This document shows positions 51,293-62,993 of a stretch of 64,000 nt of DNA, one piece after another. This DNA is from an uncultured cyanobacterium (GTDB taxonomy: Bacteria; Cyanobacteriota; Cyanobacteriia; Pseudanabaenales; Pseudanabaenaceae), in NCBI GenBank assembly GCA_963703315.1, contig OY969811.1:3200001-3264000 (forward strand), in the 5' to 3' direction. Both the position numbers and the translations under genes were made by a program. Every line of letters starts with the position of its first letter. The first letter of the stretch is position 1. Below the pieces are notes generated by a model. The model did not search any database and was not told the origin of the DNA. It saw only the letters and a list, made by a program, of their open reading frames with translations.

Positions 51293-53938
51293 ATGACTGA
51301 AATTTTAGAAGATCGGATTATTCCCACAGACCTGCGCGGCGAAATGTCGCGATCATATTTGGAATATGCCATGAGCGTGATCGTTGGTCGCGCCCTGCCC
51401 GATGCCCGTGATGGACTCAAGCCTGTACACCGTCGCATTCTCTACGCCATGCACGAGTTAGGTTTAAGCGCCGATCGCCCTTTTAGAAAATGCGCCCGTG
51501 TCGTCGGTGACGTAATCGGTAAATATCATCCTCACGGCGATACGGCAGTGTATGAAGCACTGGTACGGATGGCACAGGACTTTTCGATGCGCGATCGCAT
51601 GGTCGATGGTCATGGTAACTTCGGCTCAGTCGATAACGATCCTCCCGCCGCGATGCGATATACCGAATGTCGCCTGACCCGCATTGCTCAGACAGGCATA
51701 ATTCAAGATATCGAGCGTGATACGGTTAACTTTGGCGATAACTATGATGGTTCGCAGCAAGAACCTCTGGTGATGCCAGCGCGGATTCCCCAGCTTTTGT
51801 TGAATGGCTCGTCAGGTATTGCTGTGGGGATGGCGACCAATATTCCACCGCATAATTTAGGTGAGTTAGTCGATGGCTTAGTGGCACTGATCGCTGATCC
51901 TAATCTCAGTGATTTGGACTTAATGCAATATATTCCAGGTCCTGACTTTCCGACTGGAGCTTTAGTATTGGGTACGGAAGGTATCCGCGAAACCTATACA
52001 CAGGGACGTGGTTCAGTCACCATGCGATCAGTGGCAAGTTTTGAGACTATTTCGGCAGCAGGACGACAGGATCGTGAAGCAATTATCATTACGGAAATGC
52101 CTTACCAGACTAACAAGGCATCACTGATCGAACGCATGGCGGAAATGGTCAATGAGAAAAAACTTGATGGCATTTCTGATATTCGTGATGAAAGCGATCG
52201 CGATGGGATGCGATTAGTAATTGAACTAAAGCGTGATGCTTATCCGAAGGTAGTCCTGAATAATCTTTACAAATCCACACCTTTGCAATCGAACTTCAGT
52301 TGCAATATGTTGGCGTTAGTGGATGGCGAACCTGTCACACTGACTCTACGCCATGCCTTGCAAGTATTTCTAGACTTCCGTTATGAAGTGATTACCCGTC
52401 GTACTCAGTACGAACTTCGCAAAGCTGAAGAACGCGATCATCTATTGCAAGGTCTATTAATCGCTCTGAATCATTTAGATGCAGTAATTGCCTTGATTCG
52501 GGGAGCCGATGATAGCAGCGCTGCAAAAGCAGGATTGATTGAGAACTATGGACTTTCAGAAGCGCAGGCTGATGCCATTTTGGCAATGCAATTGCGCCGC
52601 TTGACTGCTCAGGATGCTGACAAAATTCATGATGAGCATAATCAGTTAGTCGAGAAGATTGCTGACTTACAGCATATTCTGGCAAATCGCGATCGCATTC
52701 TCACGATTACTCGCGAAGAACTAGAAGCAATCAAAGCCGAATTTGCGACTCCACGCCGTACGCGCATTCTTCCTAATGAAGGTGATATTGATACTGCGGA
52801 TTTGATTGCCAATCGCGAAACGATTGTGATGGTGACAGAACAAGGCTATGTGAAGAGAATGCCTGTGGACACATTCACGGCTCAAAATCGGGCCACACGC
52901 GGTAAGGCAAGTGCCAATGTCAAGGATGACGATGCGATCGCCCATTTCTTTGCCTGTCGCAGTCATGACAAGGTTCTCTTCTTTACTGATCGCGGTAAAG
53001 TCTATGGAGTCAAGGCTTACGAAGTGCCTGAATCAGGTCGGGCAGCGCGTGGTACAGCAGTAGTTCAACTATTACCGATCGCTGCCAATGAAAAAATCAC
53101 TACCGTTTTACCGATTAGTGAATTCAGCGAAGATGAATATCTAGTCATGCTCACGGCTGGCGGCTATATCAAAAAAACTAAGCTTCCTGCCTTTGCGAAT
53201 ATTCGTTCTAACGGACTGATTGCGATCGCTTTAGAAGAAGGTGATTTATTACGTTGGGTACGCCGCGCTAAAGCCGATAACACGATTATCGTTGGTTCAC
53301 GTCAGGGGATGTCGATCCGCTTCCGTACTGATCACGAGCAGTTGCGCCCAATGGGACGAGATACTCGTGGTGTGCGATCGATGCGTCTGACGGGTGATGA
53401 TGAAATTGTGAGTATGGATATTCTCCCCGCAGGTTTAGCGGAAATCGAAGAGGTTGAAGACTCCGAAGAAGAGATTGATTTGACCGTGACTGTCAATGAA
53501 GATGAAAACTTGGAAGCTGAGACTGCCGAAGTTGAAACCGAAAAAGCTCAAGGACCTTGGGTATTGGTGGTAACTAGAGGCGGCTATGGTAAGCGCGTTC
53601 CTGTCAATCAATTCCGTATTCAAAAACGAGCAGGTAAAGGTTTGCGTGTCACCAAGTTCAAATCTGGTCAAGATCAACTCGCCTCGCTCTGTTTAGTCGA
53701 TGAAAATAACGAACTGATGATTGTCACCAGTCGCGGCATTGTCATGCGTCAAAGCACCGATGCGATCGCCCGTCAGTCTCGTACTGCCAGAGGTGTTCGT
53801 CTGCAAAGGCTGGATGCATCAGATGCGATCGTGGGCGCAACTCTAGTGCCTCCTGCCTTGGAAGAAGAGGTTGAAGAAGTGGAAATCCAAAGTGGTGATG
53901 GGTTAGCCACAATTGTGGAAGAAATTACTGAAGATTAG
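51293..53938 (+). CDS. gyrA: DNA gyrase subunit A
   Basis: [23 protein letters not shown] and AAMRYTE; GyrA-box-like QNRATRGK. Confidence 0.96.
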   Translation: MTEILEDRIIPTDLRGEMSRSYLEYAMSVIVGRALPDARDGLKPVHRRILYAMHELGLSADRPFRKCARVVGDVIGKYHPHGDTAVYEALVRMAQDFSMRDRMVDGHGNFGSVDNDPPAAMRYTECRLTRIAQTGIIQDIERDTVNFGDNYDGSQQEPLVMPARIPQLLLNGSSGIAVGMATNIPPHNLGELVDGLVALIADPNLSDLDLMQYIPGPDFPTGALVLGTEGIRETYTQGRGSVTMRSVASFETISAAGRQDREAIIITEMPYQTNKASLIERMAEMVNEKKLDGISDIRDESDRDGMRLVIELKRDAYPKVVLNNLYKSTPLQSNFSCNMLALVDGEPVTLTLRHALQVFLDFRYEVITRRTQYELRKAEERDHLLQGLLIALNHLDAVIALIRGADDSSAAKAGLIENYGLSEAQADAILAMQLRRLTAQDADKIHDEHNQLVEKIADLQHILANRDRILTITREELEAIKAEFATPRRTRILPNEGDIDTADLIANRETIVMVTEQGYVKRMPVDTFTAQNRATRGKASANVKDDDAIAHFFACRSHDKVLFFTDRGKVYGVKAYEVPESGRAARGTAVVQLLPIAANEKITTVLPISEFSEDEYLVMLTAGGYIKKTKLPAFANIRSNGLIAIALEEGDLLRWVRRAKADNTIIVGSRQGMSIRFRTDHEQLRPMGRDTRGVRSMRLTGDDEIVSMDILPAGLAEIEEVEDSEEEIDLTVTVNEDENLEAETAEVETEKAQGPWVLVVTRGGYGKRVPVNQFRIQKRAGKGLRVTKFKSGQDQLASLCLVDENNELMIVTSRGIVMRQSTDAIARQSRTARGVRLQRLDASDAIVGATLVPPALEEEVEEVEIQSGDGLATIVEEITED

Positions 53939-53943
53939 AATCT

Positions 53944-53978
53944 ATAAAAAAGACGATGCAAGGCATCGTCTTTTTTAT
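53944..53978. terminator. Bidirectional terminator-like hairpin
   Basis: ataaaaaagacgatgc-aag-gcatcgtcttttttat. Confidence 0.75.
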
Positions 53979-55178
53979 TTAACCTTTCATTTTTTCTTTC
54001 ATATCTTTTGCTGCCAATGTATAGCCACCATCGGCTCCATCGACGAAATGTACTTGACGACCATCACGCTCAAATACCAAACAAGTCATAAGCACACGAT
54101 TAGAAATATGAAAGCCATATACTAAGCGCCCTTCTTGAAATTTTTTCTCTAAATAATCAATTAATTTTTGGCGTTGTCGTGTTTTTCCAGAGATAACCAT
54201 TCGCAGCATATCATCAAACTTTTTGAAGTCAGTCGCCTCTGCGACGATCTGCTTGTAATCCCCCCAATTCAAATCACCAGTCTTAATATTAAAGGTCATC
54301 AAAATCAAACCGATGAAGTTGATCAGACGCAACTTCCATATATACAAAGCTTTCTCTAGCCAACTCTTAGATGGATTAAAAACTCGCGTCTCAGACAATA
54401 AGTTCTTTTCTCGAAAAGAAAGCTGCAAGTTCTCCGATACAACAGGATGACATTCTGTACCTTGACCATAAATGCGCTCAATTTGATTAATCACTTCGCG
54501 ATAGAAATTATCAATTTGACTCTGACTTGGTGCGGTCACACATATAATCAAACTAAGAATCTCTTCATGCCTTGTCAGAATATCTTGCCAACGACATTCT
54601 AAGCCTGAAAAATCACCGATCGCATAGGGATTTTCAAACTTAGGACTATATAAATCAGTGGTTGCTTTATCCTTAACCAAGCGTGTCGCGTAGCTAATAC
54701 CACCCCCTCTGAGAATGGCTTGGACATAGTTATCAGAAATCCGCAACTTGGCAACTTGAATTTCATAGCTCGATATAATTGCCGCGATCGGCACAATGCC
54801 TATTCGCAAGGTGAGATTAAATTCATCGGCGGCTAACTTTTTGACTGCTAGTAATGCTTGCTCTGCGTCTGAGATAAATCTTGATGGAATTAATAGGGAC
54901 GCTCCATCACCACCAAATACAAAAGGAATTTCCAAATCGCCAACAACATTCAAAATTACAATAATGGAACAAGCGCCCAAGAGATTAATATCTTTATACT
55001 TTCCAGACTCAATTTCTTTAGTTGATTCAGCAATATCCGTAATGATCACTACCCAGTCTTTTGGCACTGCGTAAAAGTTCTCGCTATTAGTAATGTCTAC
55101 AAAATTCTCCAGAATAGGTAGATTCGCATAAAAATCTTCACTATCGGTATTCTTTTGTTGAAATCCTTGAATACTCAT
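53979..55178 (-). CDS. DUF3095 family protein
   Basis: FVFGGDGA, GLECRW, DFKKFDDMLRM and HFVDGADGGY. Confidence 0.88.
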   Translation of the reverse strand: MSIQGFQQKNTDSEDFYANLPILENFVDITNSENFYAVPKDWVVIITDIAESTKEIESGKYKDINLLGACSIIVILNVVGDLEIPFVFGGDGASLLIPSRFISDAEQALLAVKKLAADEFNLTLRIGIVPIAAIISSYEIQVAKLRISDNYVQAILRGGGISYATRLVKDKATTDLYSPKFENPYAIGDFSGLECRWQDILTRHEEILSLIICVTAPSQSQIDNFYREVINQIERIYGQGTECHPVVSENLQLSFREKNLLSETRVFNPSKSWLEKALYIWKLRLINFIGLILMTFNIKTGDLNWGDYKQIVAEATDFKKFDDMLRMVISGKTRQRQKLIDYLEKKFQEGRLVYGFHISNRVLMTCLVFERDGRQVHFVDGADGGYTLAAKDMKEKMKG

Positions 55179-55446
55179 AGCTAGACTCCTAAAATGAGAA
55201 TGAACGGTATAGCTAGTCGCATTAGGACAATTAGCGAGTGGTGGTGTGAAATGTCCCCACCCACCTTATATTTTTCGTCTTAATTAAGGCTGACTATATT
55301 TCTCTTAATTCTATCAATGTAGAGATAGGTGGAAGTAACCGCCAAGTGGCTGCTATTTACACTCTTTTGATAACAACATTAGAATGTGAAGACCGCTATA
55401 CTAAAAAATGTTTCGGGTAAGTTACATAAATCTTAAAGGTGTCGCC

Positions 55447-56052
55447 ATGACCCAAGCCTTAATCCGCCCTACCACATCTAACGAACAAGATCGCGATCAA
55501 CACCTCATCTATTCGGGTATTACTTGGGAGCAGTTTAAGCTCATCCAAGCAGGTTTTGCTGATTCCAATAGAGTAAGGCTTTTTTATTACCAAAATACCA
55601 TCGAAATTCTCATGCCAGGATATGCCCACGAATTCTATAAAACAATTATTGGTTTCCTAATCGAACTTTTTTGCTTAGAAAATAATATTGAATTTGAGCC
55701 AACTGGTTCCATGACTCAACAGCATGAGGGAGAAGTTTCTGTTGAGCCAGATGAATCCTATTGTTTTGGAACATCAAAGCCCACTCCTGACCTAGTAATC
55801 GAAGTGATCTTTACTAGCGGTAGTCCTAAGAAACTACAACGTTATCAAGCTTTAGGGATTCCTGAAGTATGGTTTTGGCAAGATGGTGTATTTAGTCTCT
55901 ATCGTTTACGCGATCGCACCTATGAAGTGATTTCCCAGAGCGAAATTCCAGAGCTTGCAGGTTTAGATATAGATTTATTAACTCGCTGTGTCTCAATGGC
56001 ACAAACTTCACGATTAGAAGCAGCAAATACATTCCGTAATGCTCTCAAATAA
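55447..56052 (+). CDS. Uma2 family endonuclease-fold protein
   Basis: ITWEQF, EPDESY, PDLVIEV and LGIPEVW. Confidence 0.9.
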   Translation: MTQALIRPTTSNEQDRDQHLIYSGITWEQFKLIQAGFADSNRVRLFYYQNTIEILMPGYAHEFYKTIIGFLIELFCLENNIEFEPTGSMTQQHEGEVSVEPDESYCFGTSKPTPDLVIEVIFTSGSPKKLQRYQALGIPEVWFWQDGVFSLYRLRDRTYEVISQSEIPELAGLDIDLLTRCVSMAQTSRLEAANTFRNALK

Positions 56053-56087
56053 AAAAGAGGTAGTGCAAAGCACTACCTCTTTTTTAT
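56049..56087. terminator. Bidirectional terminator-like hairpin
   Basis: aaaaaagaggtagtgc-aaa-gcactacctctttttt. Confidence 0.75.
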
Positions 56088-56088
56088 T

Positions 56089-57747
56089 TTATTCCCATTC
56101 AATAGTGCCGGGTGGCTTAGACGTAATATCTAGTACCACGCGATTGACACCTTCCACTTCATTGACAATGCGATTGGAAATAGTTTCCAATAGGTCATAG
56201 GGAACCCTTGCCCAATCTGCGGTCATGCCATCTTCACTAGTGACCAAGCGCAACACAATCGGATGTGAATAGGTACGTTTATCACCCATCACGCCAACAC
56301 TGCGAACAGTGGGTAGAAGCACCGCAAAAGCTTGCCATAAATTATTGTATTGACCTGCACGATTGATTTCTTGGCGCACAATTAGATCAGCATCGCGCAA
56401 AGTATTCAGGCGATCGCTCGTAATTTCACCAATAATCCGAATCGCCAACCCAGGACCGGGGAAAGGCTGACGCTTGACAATCTCTTCAGGAAGACCAAGG
56501 GCAGTACCAACCTTCCGCACTTCATCTTTAAATAATTTGCGAAGAGGTTCTACTAGCGTAAACCGTAGATTTTCAGGCAAGCCACCCACATTGTGATGAC
56601 TCTTGATTTTGACCGCTACACGTTTACCTGTAACAGGATCAGCATTAGTGTCCGCCGACTCAATTACATCAGGATAGAGTGTCCCTTGCGCTAGAAAATC
56701 AAAAGGTCCTAAACGGCTTGATTCTTCTTCAAATACATTAATAAACTCACCACCGATAATCTTCCGTTTCCGTTCAGGATCAGTAACTCCTTTCACTTTT
56801 TCAAGAAATCTTTCGCGGGCATTGACATACTCAACATGAATATGGAACTGTTCTTCAAAAAGCTTGACCAGACGCTCTGGTTCTAACTTCCGCATGAAGC
56901 CTTGATCGATAAACATACAGGTGAGTTGATCGCCGATCGCCTTATGCAATAAAAACGCCAAAGTAGAAGAGTCTACGCCACCTGAGAGAGCTAGCAATAC
57001 ACGGCGTTCTCCAACTTGGGCGCGAATTTCCCGAATAGAAGTTTCAATGAAAGCATCGGTAGTCCAACTTGGTTCACATTTACAAATGTGATAGACAAAA
57101 TTACGAATCATTGCCATGCCACCTGTGGAATGGACAACTTCAGGATGGAACTGCACACCATAAAGATTTTTGGTGTGATCGGCGATCGCCGCACAGGGGG
57201 TATTCGCTGTATGCGCTAAGATTTCAAATCCCTGTGGTAGCTTAGTTACCGAGTCACCATGACTCATCCACATGGTTACGCCTGTATCCACATTGGTGAG
57301 CAAATCAGTGGGATCATCAATTTGTAATTCGGCTTTACCATATTCCCCATGATCAGCGCGATCAACAGTTCCGCCGAGTTGTTTTGCCATCAATTGCATT
57401 CCATAGCAAACGCCTAAGATCGGAATACCTAGATTGAAAATTTCAGGATCGCATTGAGGAGCGCCTTCATCGTAAACAGAGTTTGGACCACCTGACAAAA
57501 TGATCCCTTTAGGATTAAGTTTCAGCAAACTTTCGGCTGACGTATGATAACTGAGAACTTCAGAATATACTTGTGTCTCACGGATACGGCGAGCAATTAG
57601 CTCAGAATATTGAGAACCAAAATCGAGAATGGCAATCATGGAACGACTAGTTATATTGTCTGTGGTACTATCAGAATTGGGGCTGGAGGAAAGCGCACCT
57701 TCAAGATTTAGTACGGCATTCGATGATGTTGGAGGGGAAGAAACCAC
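56089..57747 (-). CDS. guaA: GMP synthase (glutamine-hydrolysing)
   Basis: LDFGSQY, GVCYGMQ, SGGVDS and [15 protein letters not shown] at 57747 with GAGG upstream. Confidence 0.96.
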   Translation of the reverse strand: MVSSPPTSSNAVLNLEGALSSSPNSDSTTDNITSRSMIAILDFGSQYSELIARRIRETQVYSEVLSYHTSAESLLKLNPKGIILSGGPNSVYDEGAPQCDPEIFNLGIPILGVCYGMQLMAKQLGGTVDRADHGEYGKAELQIDDPTDLLTNVDTGVTMWMSHGDSVTKLPQGFEILAHTANTPCAAIADHTKNLYGVQFHPEVVHSTGGMAMIRNFVYHICKCEPSWTTDAFIETSIREIRAQVGERRVLLALSGGVDSSTLAFLLHKAIGDQLTCMFIDQGFMRKLEPERLVKLFEEQFHIHVEYVNARERFLEKVKGVTDPERKRKIIGGEFINVFEEESSRLGPFDFLAQGTLYPDVIESADTNADPVTGKRVAVKIKSHHNVGGLPENLRFTLVEPLRKLFKDEVRKVGTALGLPEEIVKRQPFPGPGLAIRIIGEITSDRLNTLRDADLIVRQEINRAGQYNNLWQAFAVLLPTVRSVGVMGDKRTYSHPIVLRLVTSEDGMTADWARVPYDLLETISNRIVNEVEGVNRVVLDITSKPPGTIEWE

Positions 57748-57826
57748 AGTAGATACCTCTATCTTAATGAGATAGCATTTAATGAGACAGTAAGACTTTC
57801 GCTGCGAAAAAGTAGCTATTCGTACA

Positions 57827-58504
57827 ATGCTAGCAAAACCGTACGTCTTTATGGTGAAAAAAATGCATAAAAAAATGATGATAGCGATCGCATTGTTACC
57901 AGTTTTGGGACTACCATCATGGACAATTGGCGACACTAATTGGATTTCCCATCCTTCTAATTCATCAAAAATTTCATCAAAGATGATTGATAATTTCCTG
58001 ACACCTTCAGCAGAGGCAGTTCAATTGCGCGATGGTAAAACCTATTTTGTGCAATTACCCATGCTTCTAGAAGCGGAAACAACTGTAAATCGGATTTATG
58101 CCCGTAGTGCCACCTATTACTTTGTCATCGCTCTACCTCAAAATATGGGAGAACCTTTACAAAAGCTAGAAATTAATCAGACAGAAGGATTTGAGCCGAT
58201 TGCTTTTATTAGCAATGATACTCGTACCTATCTACAGCCACCTTCGGGGGATCGGGTTATCGTCTCCAGTAAAACTGAGATTTTGCCAAGTCAAGATCGC
58301 GATAAAGTGATGATTACTTTCGATCCCCCCATCCCTGCAAGTAATGCACCGAATAGTCAACTGATCATTGGACTGCGACCTGTTCATAATCCTCGCTATG
58401 AGGGAGTTTATCTATTTGGTGTAACCGCAATTCCTCAAGGAAATCAGCCACACTCACAATTTCTAGGCTATGGAAGATTGAGCTTCTACGACTCCCGCTA
58501 TTAA
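57827..58504 (+). CDS. DUF2808 family protein (start probably further downstream)
   Basis: TYYF...[22 protein letters not shown] and FLGYGRL. Confidence 0.85.
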   Translation: MLAKPYVFMVKKMHKKMMIAIALLPVLGLPSWTIGDTNWISHPSNSSKISSKMIDNFLTPSAEAVQLRDGKTYFVQLPMLLEAETTVNRIYARSATYYFVIALPQNMGEPLQKLEINQTEGFEPIAFISNDTRTYLQPPSGDRVIVSSKTEILPSQDRDKVMITFDPPIPASNAPNSQLIIGLRPVHNPRYEGVYLFGVTAIPQGNQPHSQFLGYGRLSFYDSRY

Positions 58505-58602
58505 AAGCTAGAAATACTGCGAAGTGCTGTTTCTGGCTTTTATGTCCTAAAAGATTGACGTTTGCTATACACTATTGGCAGATATTAACTAGATATTTCA
58601 CT

Positions 58603-59067
58603 ATGACCTTCACAACAGAATCGCCAATACCTACTGTAGAAGCAGAATCTAGTTTTGCACCTCCTACTAATCACATTGTGCAGACAATCCAAACTGTCAT
58701 CGCCAGTATGGATGCGGATAATACGGCTCTGGAAAATCAAACAGAGGATACATGGAAATTTCAATATGGCACGGTAGAAGTAGTTGTTAACATCACAGGA
58801 ATTGAACCTAGTGATACATTTACGGTGTTTTCGTCGGTATTAACTGCACCCTTCAAAGATGAAGCAAAGCTTACCCGTTGGCTTTTAGAAAAAAATGCTG
58901 CGGATACTTTTGAAGCGCGGTATGCGATCCAAAATGATCAAGTACTAGTTTTGGCTTCGCGCTCTGTCGAAGATCTTTCTCCTGCGGAAATTTCTCGCAT
59001 CATCACAATTGTGGCAGCGATCGCTGATGATAATGATGAATTTTTACATGAAAATTTTAAGTCTTAA
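58603..59067 (+). CDS. YbjN/T3SS-chaperone-like protein
   Basis: WKFQYGTVEV, TFEARY and EISRIITIVAAIAD. Confidence 0.8.
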   Translation: MTFTTESPIPTVEAESSFAPPTNHIVQTIQTVIASMDADNTALENQTEDTWKFQYGTVEVVVNITGIEPSDTFTVFSSVLTAPFKDEAKLTRWLLEKNAADTFEARYAIQNDQVLVLASRSVEDLSPAEISRIITIVAAIADDNDEFLHENFKS

Positions 59068-59143
59068 TCCTAATTTCAAAAGCACCCAAAGGGTGCTTTT
59101 GCGATTGGCTTGATCTAAAACTTATGCTCTCGACTATACCAAC

Positions 59144-59851
59144 ATGAATAAATCATGGCAGCTTATTCCCTATTCCGAGACATCGGGCAAGCTGCAAATG
59201 GATTTAGATAATTCTTTACTCGATCGCCATAGTCAAGATCCTCAATCACCATCAATTTTAAGATTTTATCGTTGGACACCACCAGCGATTTCGCTAGGTT
59301 TTCACCAAAAACAATATCCTGAGTCTTGGGATGTGATCGCGAGTCAGCAGCATCTCGATATTGTGCGTCGTCCTAGTGGGGGGCGAGCAGTCTTACATAA
59401 AGGGGATTTGACTTACGCAGTAATTACGAGTGTTGATAGTATTGATATAAGTGGCAAAATGCGATCGCACCGTGAAGTTTATGAATATATCTGTGAGTTT
59501 TTAATCCAAGGTTTTAAAGAATTAGGAATCTCGCTCACCTATGGACGGTCAGGGCGAGGTTATATTCATAATCCTAGTTGTTTTTCCACTGCCACTAATG
59601 CTGACTTAGTGATCCCCGATGGGCGTAAATTGATTGGTAGCGCTCAGGTCTACCGCCACAATTCAGTGTTACAACATGGGTCGATCGCGATCGCACCAGA
59701 TCATCAGTTATTAACAGACCTATTTCAAGCAGAAGTTCCGATTGTTGGATATCAAGAACTAGTGCAGAATTCTGCTCAAAATTTGCTTGCTGAACTCATA
59801 AAAGTTTTATCTGAGGCGGCGAGGAAGCACTTTCAAGCGGAGTTCTTGTAG
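59144..59851 (+). CDS. Lipoate-protein ligase A family protein
   Basis: [19 protein letters not shown] and LQHGSI. Confidence 0.9.
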   Translation: MNKSWQLIPYSETSGKLQMDLDNSLLDRHSQDPQSPSILRFYRWTPPAISLGFHQKQYPESWDVIASQQHLDIVRRPSGGRAVLHKGDLTYAVITSVDSIDISGKMRSHREVYEYICEFLIQGFKELGISLTYGRSGRGYIHNPSCFSTATNADLVIPDGRKLIGSAQVYRHNSVLQHGSIAIAPDHQLLTDLFQAEVPIVGYQELVQNSAQNLLAELIKVLSEAARKHFQAEFL

Positions 59852-60421
59852 TTCTTGATCGGTCAAGTTACGCCATTGTCCAACCGCAAGATCATCTAAG
59901 CGTAAATGGGCGATCGCTACCCGTATCAGTCGCAAAGTCGGAAATCCTACGGCTGCTGTCATCTTGCGTACTTGACGATTTTTCCCTTCCGTTAAACTCA
60001 TTTCAATCCATGCCGTCGGAATATTTGCGCGAAAGCGAATTGGTGGATCGCGCGGCGGTAAATCTGGCTCTGCATCCAATAAATTCACAATTGCAGTTTT
60101 AGTTCGATAACCTTGAATAGTCACGCCTTCTCGCAATGTTTGCAAAGCATCTTCAGTGGGAATACGTTCCACTTGTACCCAATAAGTGCGCGAGTGTTCA
60201 AACTGGGGATCGATTAAGCGATGTTTTAATTGTCCATCATTAGTCAGCAGCAATAATCCTTCGCTATCAAAATCCAATCTCCCTACGGAATAAACATCAG
60301 GAATATCAATATATTCTTTTAAAGTCGGACGTGGCGATGTGCTGTCATCAGTAAACTGACAGAGAACTCCATAGGGTTTATAGAAAATAATATATTTGGG
60401 AATATATTGGCGATCGCGCAT
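59807..60421 (-). CDS. rluE: rRNA pseudouridine synthase (RluE type)
   Basis: [19 protein letters not shown] and [12 protein letters not shown]. Confidence 0.88.
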   Translation of the reverse strand: MRDRQYIPKYIIFYKPYGVLCQFTDDSTSPRPTLKEYIDIPDVYSVGRLDFDSEGLLLLTNDGQLKHRLIDPQFEHSRTYWVQVERIPTEDALQTLREGVTIQGYRTKTAIVNLLDAEPDLPPRDPPIRFRANIPTAWIEMSLTEGKNRQVRKMTAAVGFPTLRLIRVAIAHLRLDDLAVGQWRNLTDQELQELRLKVLPRRLR

Positions 60422-60431
60422 AAGTTTTTAG

Positions 60432-60470
60432 AAGAATAAAAAAGCTCGCAGTGCGAGCTTTTTTATTCTA
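60432..60470 (-). terminator. Hairpin after the CAP gene
   Basis: agaataaaaaagctcgca-g-tgcgagcttttttattct. Confidence 0.65.
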
Positions 60471-60472
60471 AT

Positions 60473-61021
60473 CTAGCGCTGAGGAGTTCCAAATACCTGT
60501 ACCCAATAATGTCGATATGGTGAATTTGGGGCATTTGCATAGCCAAATCCAATCTCAGTAAATTTGCTGTTGAGAATATTAGCGCGATGCCCAGAACTAT
60601 TCATCCACTGGCGAACTGTACCTTCGGGCGTTGCCCTACCTGCGGCAATATTTTCACCTAGAGCCGAATACTTATAGCCAGAAGCTTTAGCACGGTCTAC
60701 CATACTCAACCCATTCAGCCCTGTATGGCTAAAATATCTCTTGTCTGCCATATCCAGTGAATGCGCCTGAGCGGCTCTAGACAATTGCGAAGACAACTTT
60801 AAAGGAGGTAAACCGACCTTTTGGCGTTCAAGGTTTGTCAACCTCAGTAACTCAGTTTCAAAATTAACCCGCCCTGTATTTTGACTTATATTGCGAATAG
60901 ATCGTTTTGGTAAAATTTGATTTTGGTAGGTGGTTACAGAGGCTGCATCTAACTCAGGTGCGATCGCGACTGCTCCCCCAAACATCAAAAGACTACAACA
61001 AACTAAAAAAGTCGATTTCAT
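60473..61021 (-). CDS. Secreted CAP/SCP domain protein
   Basis: AAQAHS.DM, GENIAAG and WMNSSGHRANIL. Confidence 0.92.
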   Translation of the reverse strand: MKSTFLVCCSLLMFGGAVAIAPELDAASVTTYQNQILPKRSIRNISQNTGRVNFETELLRLTNLERQKVGLPPLKLSSQLSRAAQAHSLDMADKRYFSHTGLNGLSMVDRAKASGYKYSALGENIAAGRATPEGTVRQWMNSSGHRANILNSKFTEIGFGYANAPNSPYRHYWVQVFGTPQR

Positions 61022-61213
61022 ACATCTATTTCAGGAATTTGTCAATATATCCGTATTTATTGACTTTGTACTTAATTTAAGGGTTCCCATATTACGAAAA
61101 GAAAATTACAGAATTCAAAAAATTTGAATTTTAAAACCTATGATAGTTTGCAGATTGTCTACGACAAACTACAAAAATTCTTCTTTGTCTTGGTTTACAT
61201 TTTTTATATTATC

Positions 61214-61412
61214 TAAGTATCTCAGCATAATTAAAACCCAGATCTAAAACCTGTGGCGCACGCTGCGCGTGCGTCACAGGTTTTAGGGTTTTATATTTAA
61301 TTAAGCCTACTTACTTATAGCGTTTTACAGTCTAGTGAAGTACGGGATCGTTTCCCTACTAAAGGTAGGAAAACGATCATCTATACCTAGCTTGCTGGAA
61401 GAGTGCTGTATA
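61214..61412. repeat. TAAGTA-type element joined at a shared TA to a TATAGC-type element
   Basis: 61214-61317 matches the 8445 and 37012 copies; 61316-61412 matches 36839. Confidence 0.78.
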
Positions 61413-61458
61413 CCAATGTAAAAATTTTAGATATGCAAAGAACATTAGGCATCGCAAA

Positions 61459-62217
61459 ATGACAGAAAATCAAGAATATAAACCTATTGGTTGTGCGGAA
61501 TGTACACAAGGTGCTGGGCTAGGCTTTGACTTTACAATGGCATTTCAGCCAATCGTTAATACTACTACCAAAGAAATTTTTGCCCAAGAAGCTCTAGTGA
61601 GGGGAATCCATGAAGAGCCTGCGGGGGAGATTTTAGGGCGCATTAATGATGATAATCGTTACCGCTTTGATCAAGCTTGCCGTGTTAAAGCGGTTCAACT
61701 AGGAGCAAAGTTAAATATAAAATCTTTTGTCAGCATTAATTTCTTACCCAACGCGGTGTATCGTCCCGAATTATGCATTCGTACAACCCTTGAAGCCGCC
61801 TCAACCTTTGGGTTTCCTGTTGACCGCATTATCTTTGAGATTACAGAAGGAGAAAAAATTAAAGATCACGGGCATCTACGAGAAATCATCCAATATTATA
61901 GAAAACAAGGTTTTTTAACGGCGATCGATGACTTTGGTGCAGGTTATTCAGGTCTAAACCTGTTAGCTGAATTCCAAACAGATTTAGTTAAATTAGATAT
62001 GGGCTTAATCCGTCATATTGATCAAAATAAAGGTCGTCAGGCGATCGTCAAAGGGATTATTCAAGTATGTAATGAGTTAGAGATTAAAGTGATTGCGGAA
62101 GGGGTGGAGACTTATGAAGAGCTAAGTGTTTTGCAAGCCCTCGGCATTGAGCTTTTTCAGGGATATTATTTTGCCAAGCCCAAATTTCAAGGTTTAGCAA
62201 CTATAAATAATCTATGA
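61459..62217 (+). CDS. Stand-alone EAL c-di-GMP phosphodiesterase
   Basis: QEALVRG, DDFGAGYS and AEGVET. Confidence 0.92.
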   Translation: MTENQEYKPIGCAECTQGAGLGFDFTMAFQPIVNTTTKEIFAQEALVRGIHEEPAGEILGRINDDNRYRFDQACRVKAVQLGAKLNIKSFVSINFLPNAVYRPELCIRTTLEAASTFGFPVDRIIFEITEGEKIKDHGHLREIIQYYRKQGFLTAIDDFGAGYSGLNLLAEFQTDLVKLDMGLIRHIDQNKGRQAIVKGIIQVCNELEIKVIAEGVETYEELSVLQALGIELFQGYYFAKPKFQGLATINNL

Positions 62218-62222
62218 CATTT

Positions 62223-62278
62223 CCAAACCCCAAAAAGAGTTGCGGCGCTTCGCGCCGCAACTCTTTTTGGGGTTTGGA
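62223..62278. repeat. Long hairpin with a GCTTCGC tip
   Basis: ccaaaccccaaaaagagttgcggcgc-ttc-gcgccgcaactctttttggggtttgg. Confidence 0.8.
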
Positions 62279-62372
62279 GATATATCACTCTATTTATAGA
62301 TGACGATCCCCCTGTGTCAACCTACTGTGAGGTATCTATAGATTAGAAAAACGTAGAATTCAAGTATTAAAC

Positions 62373-62555
62373 ATGATTCATCAATTAGCAGTTCGCTTAG
62401 GTGTGTCGTGTGTGCTGCTCGCAACCTTGCCCCTCGCTACAGACGAAATCGTTAAGTATGTGCAAGCCCCTCATATTTTTTCAGGCATTGGTGCGATCGC
62501 CTCATGTATCGGAGCCTGTGTTCCAGTTTTAACTCTATTCCGTAATTCTGATTAA
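62373..62555 (+). CDS. Possible small membrane protein
   Basis: 60-aa hydrophobic ORF in otherwise empty space, followed by a hairpin. Confidence 0.35.
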   Translation: MIHQLAVRLGVSCVLLATLPLATDEIVKYVQAPHIFSGIGAIASCIGACVPVLTLFRNSD

Positions 62556-62582
62556 CAAAAAATTTACTGCGTAAATTTTTTG

Positions 62583-62957
62583 TTAACTCCAGCGTCCAAT
62601 CACAATTCTGACCGTCCCATCTTCTAACACTTCTTGTTTCTCGATCTCAAAGCCCTGTTGAGTTGCACTCTGTAAAACCGTTTTTGTAGCATATTGCTGG
62701 TTTAGCTCTCCTAAAAACTCTTCGATCTTCAGAGCCACGCCCCAGAAATCGGCAATTACCTCATAACGATCGCCGATTCTCCGAAACCCAATATCGTAAC
62801 CATTGGGCATGGGGATCACATACTCAGCGATCGCGGTATTGCCAAGATAGCCACGCACTAAGGTATTTTGCTTTACGGGATAGCCAATCTCTTCTAAGGC
62901 TTGTTGCAGCAAGTCACCATTTTTGATTTCAATCGCAATCGTAGTGAAGTGGGACAT
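62583..62957 (-). CDS. DUF1257/Ycf35 family protein
   Basis: MSHFTTI, VRGY.G, YDIGF, ADFW and QQYA. Confidence 0.88.
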   Translation of the reverse strand: MSHFTTIAIEIKNGDLLQQALEEIGYPVKQNTLVRGYLGNTAIAEYVIPMPNGYDIGFRRIGDRYEVIADFWGVALKIEEFLGELNQQYATKTVLQSATQQGFEIEKQEVLEDGTVRIVIGRWS

Positions 62958-62993
62958 AAAATTTAAGAATAAAGAGAGCGCGTTGCGCTCTCT

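Noticed and set aside
53430..53550. Acidic insertion in the GyrA C-terminal domain as an intein
   Set aside because: Short, with no intein terminal motifs; looks like an ordinary acidic loop.
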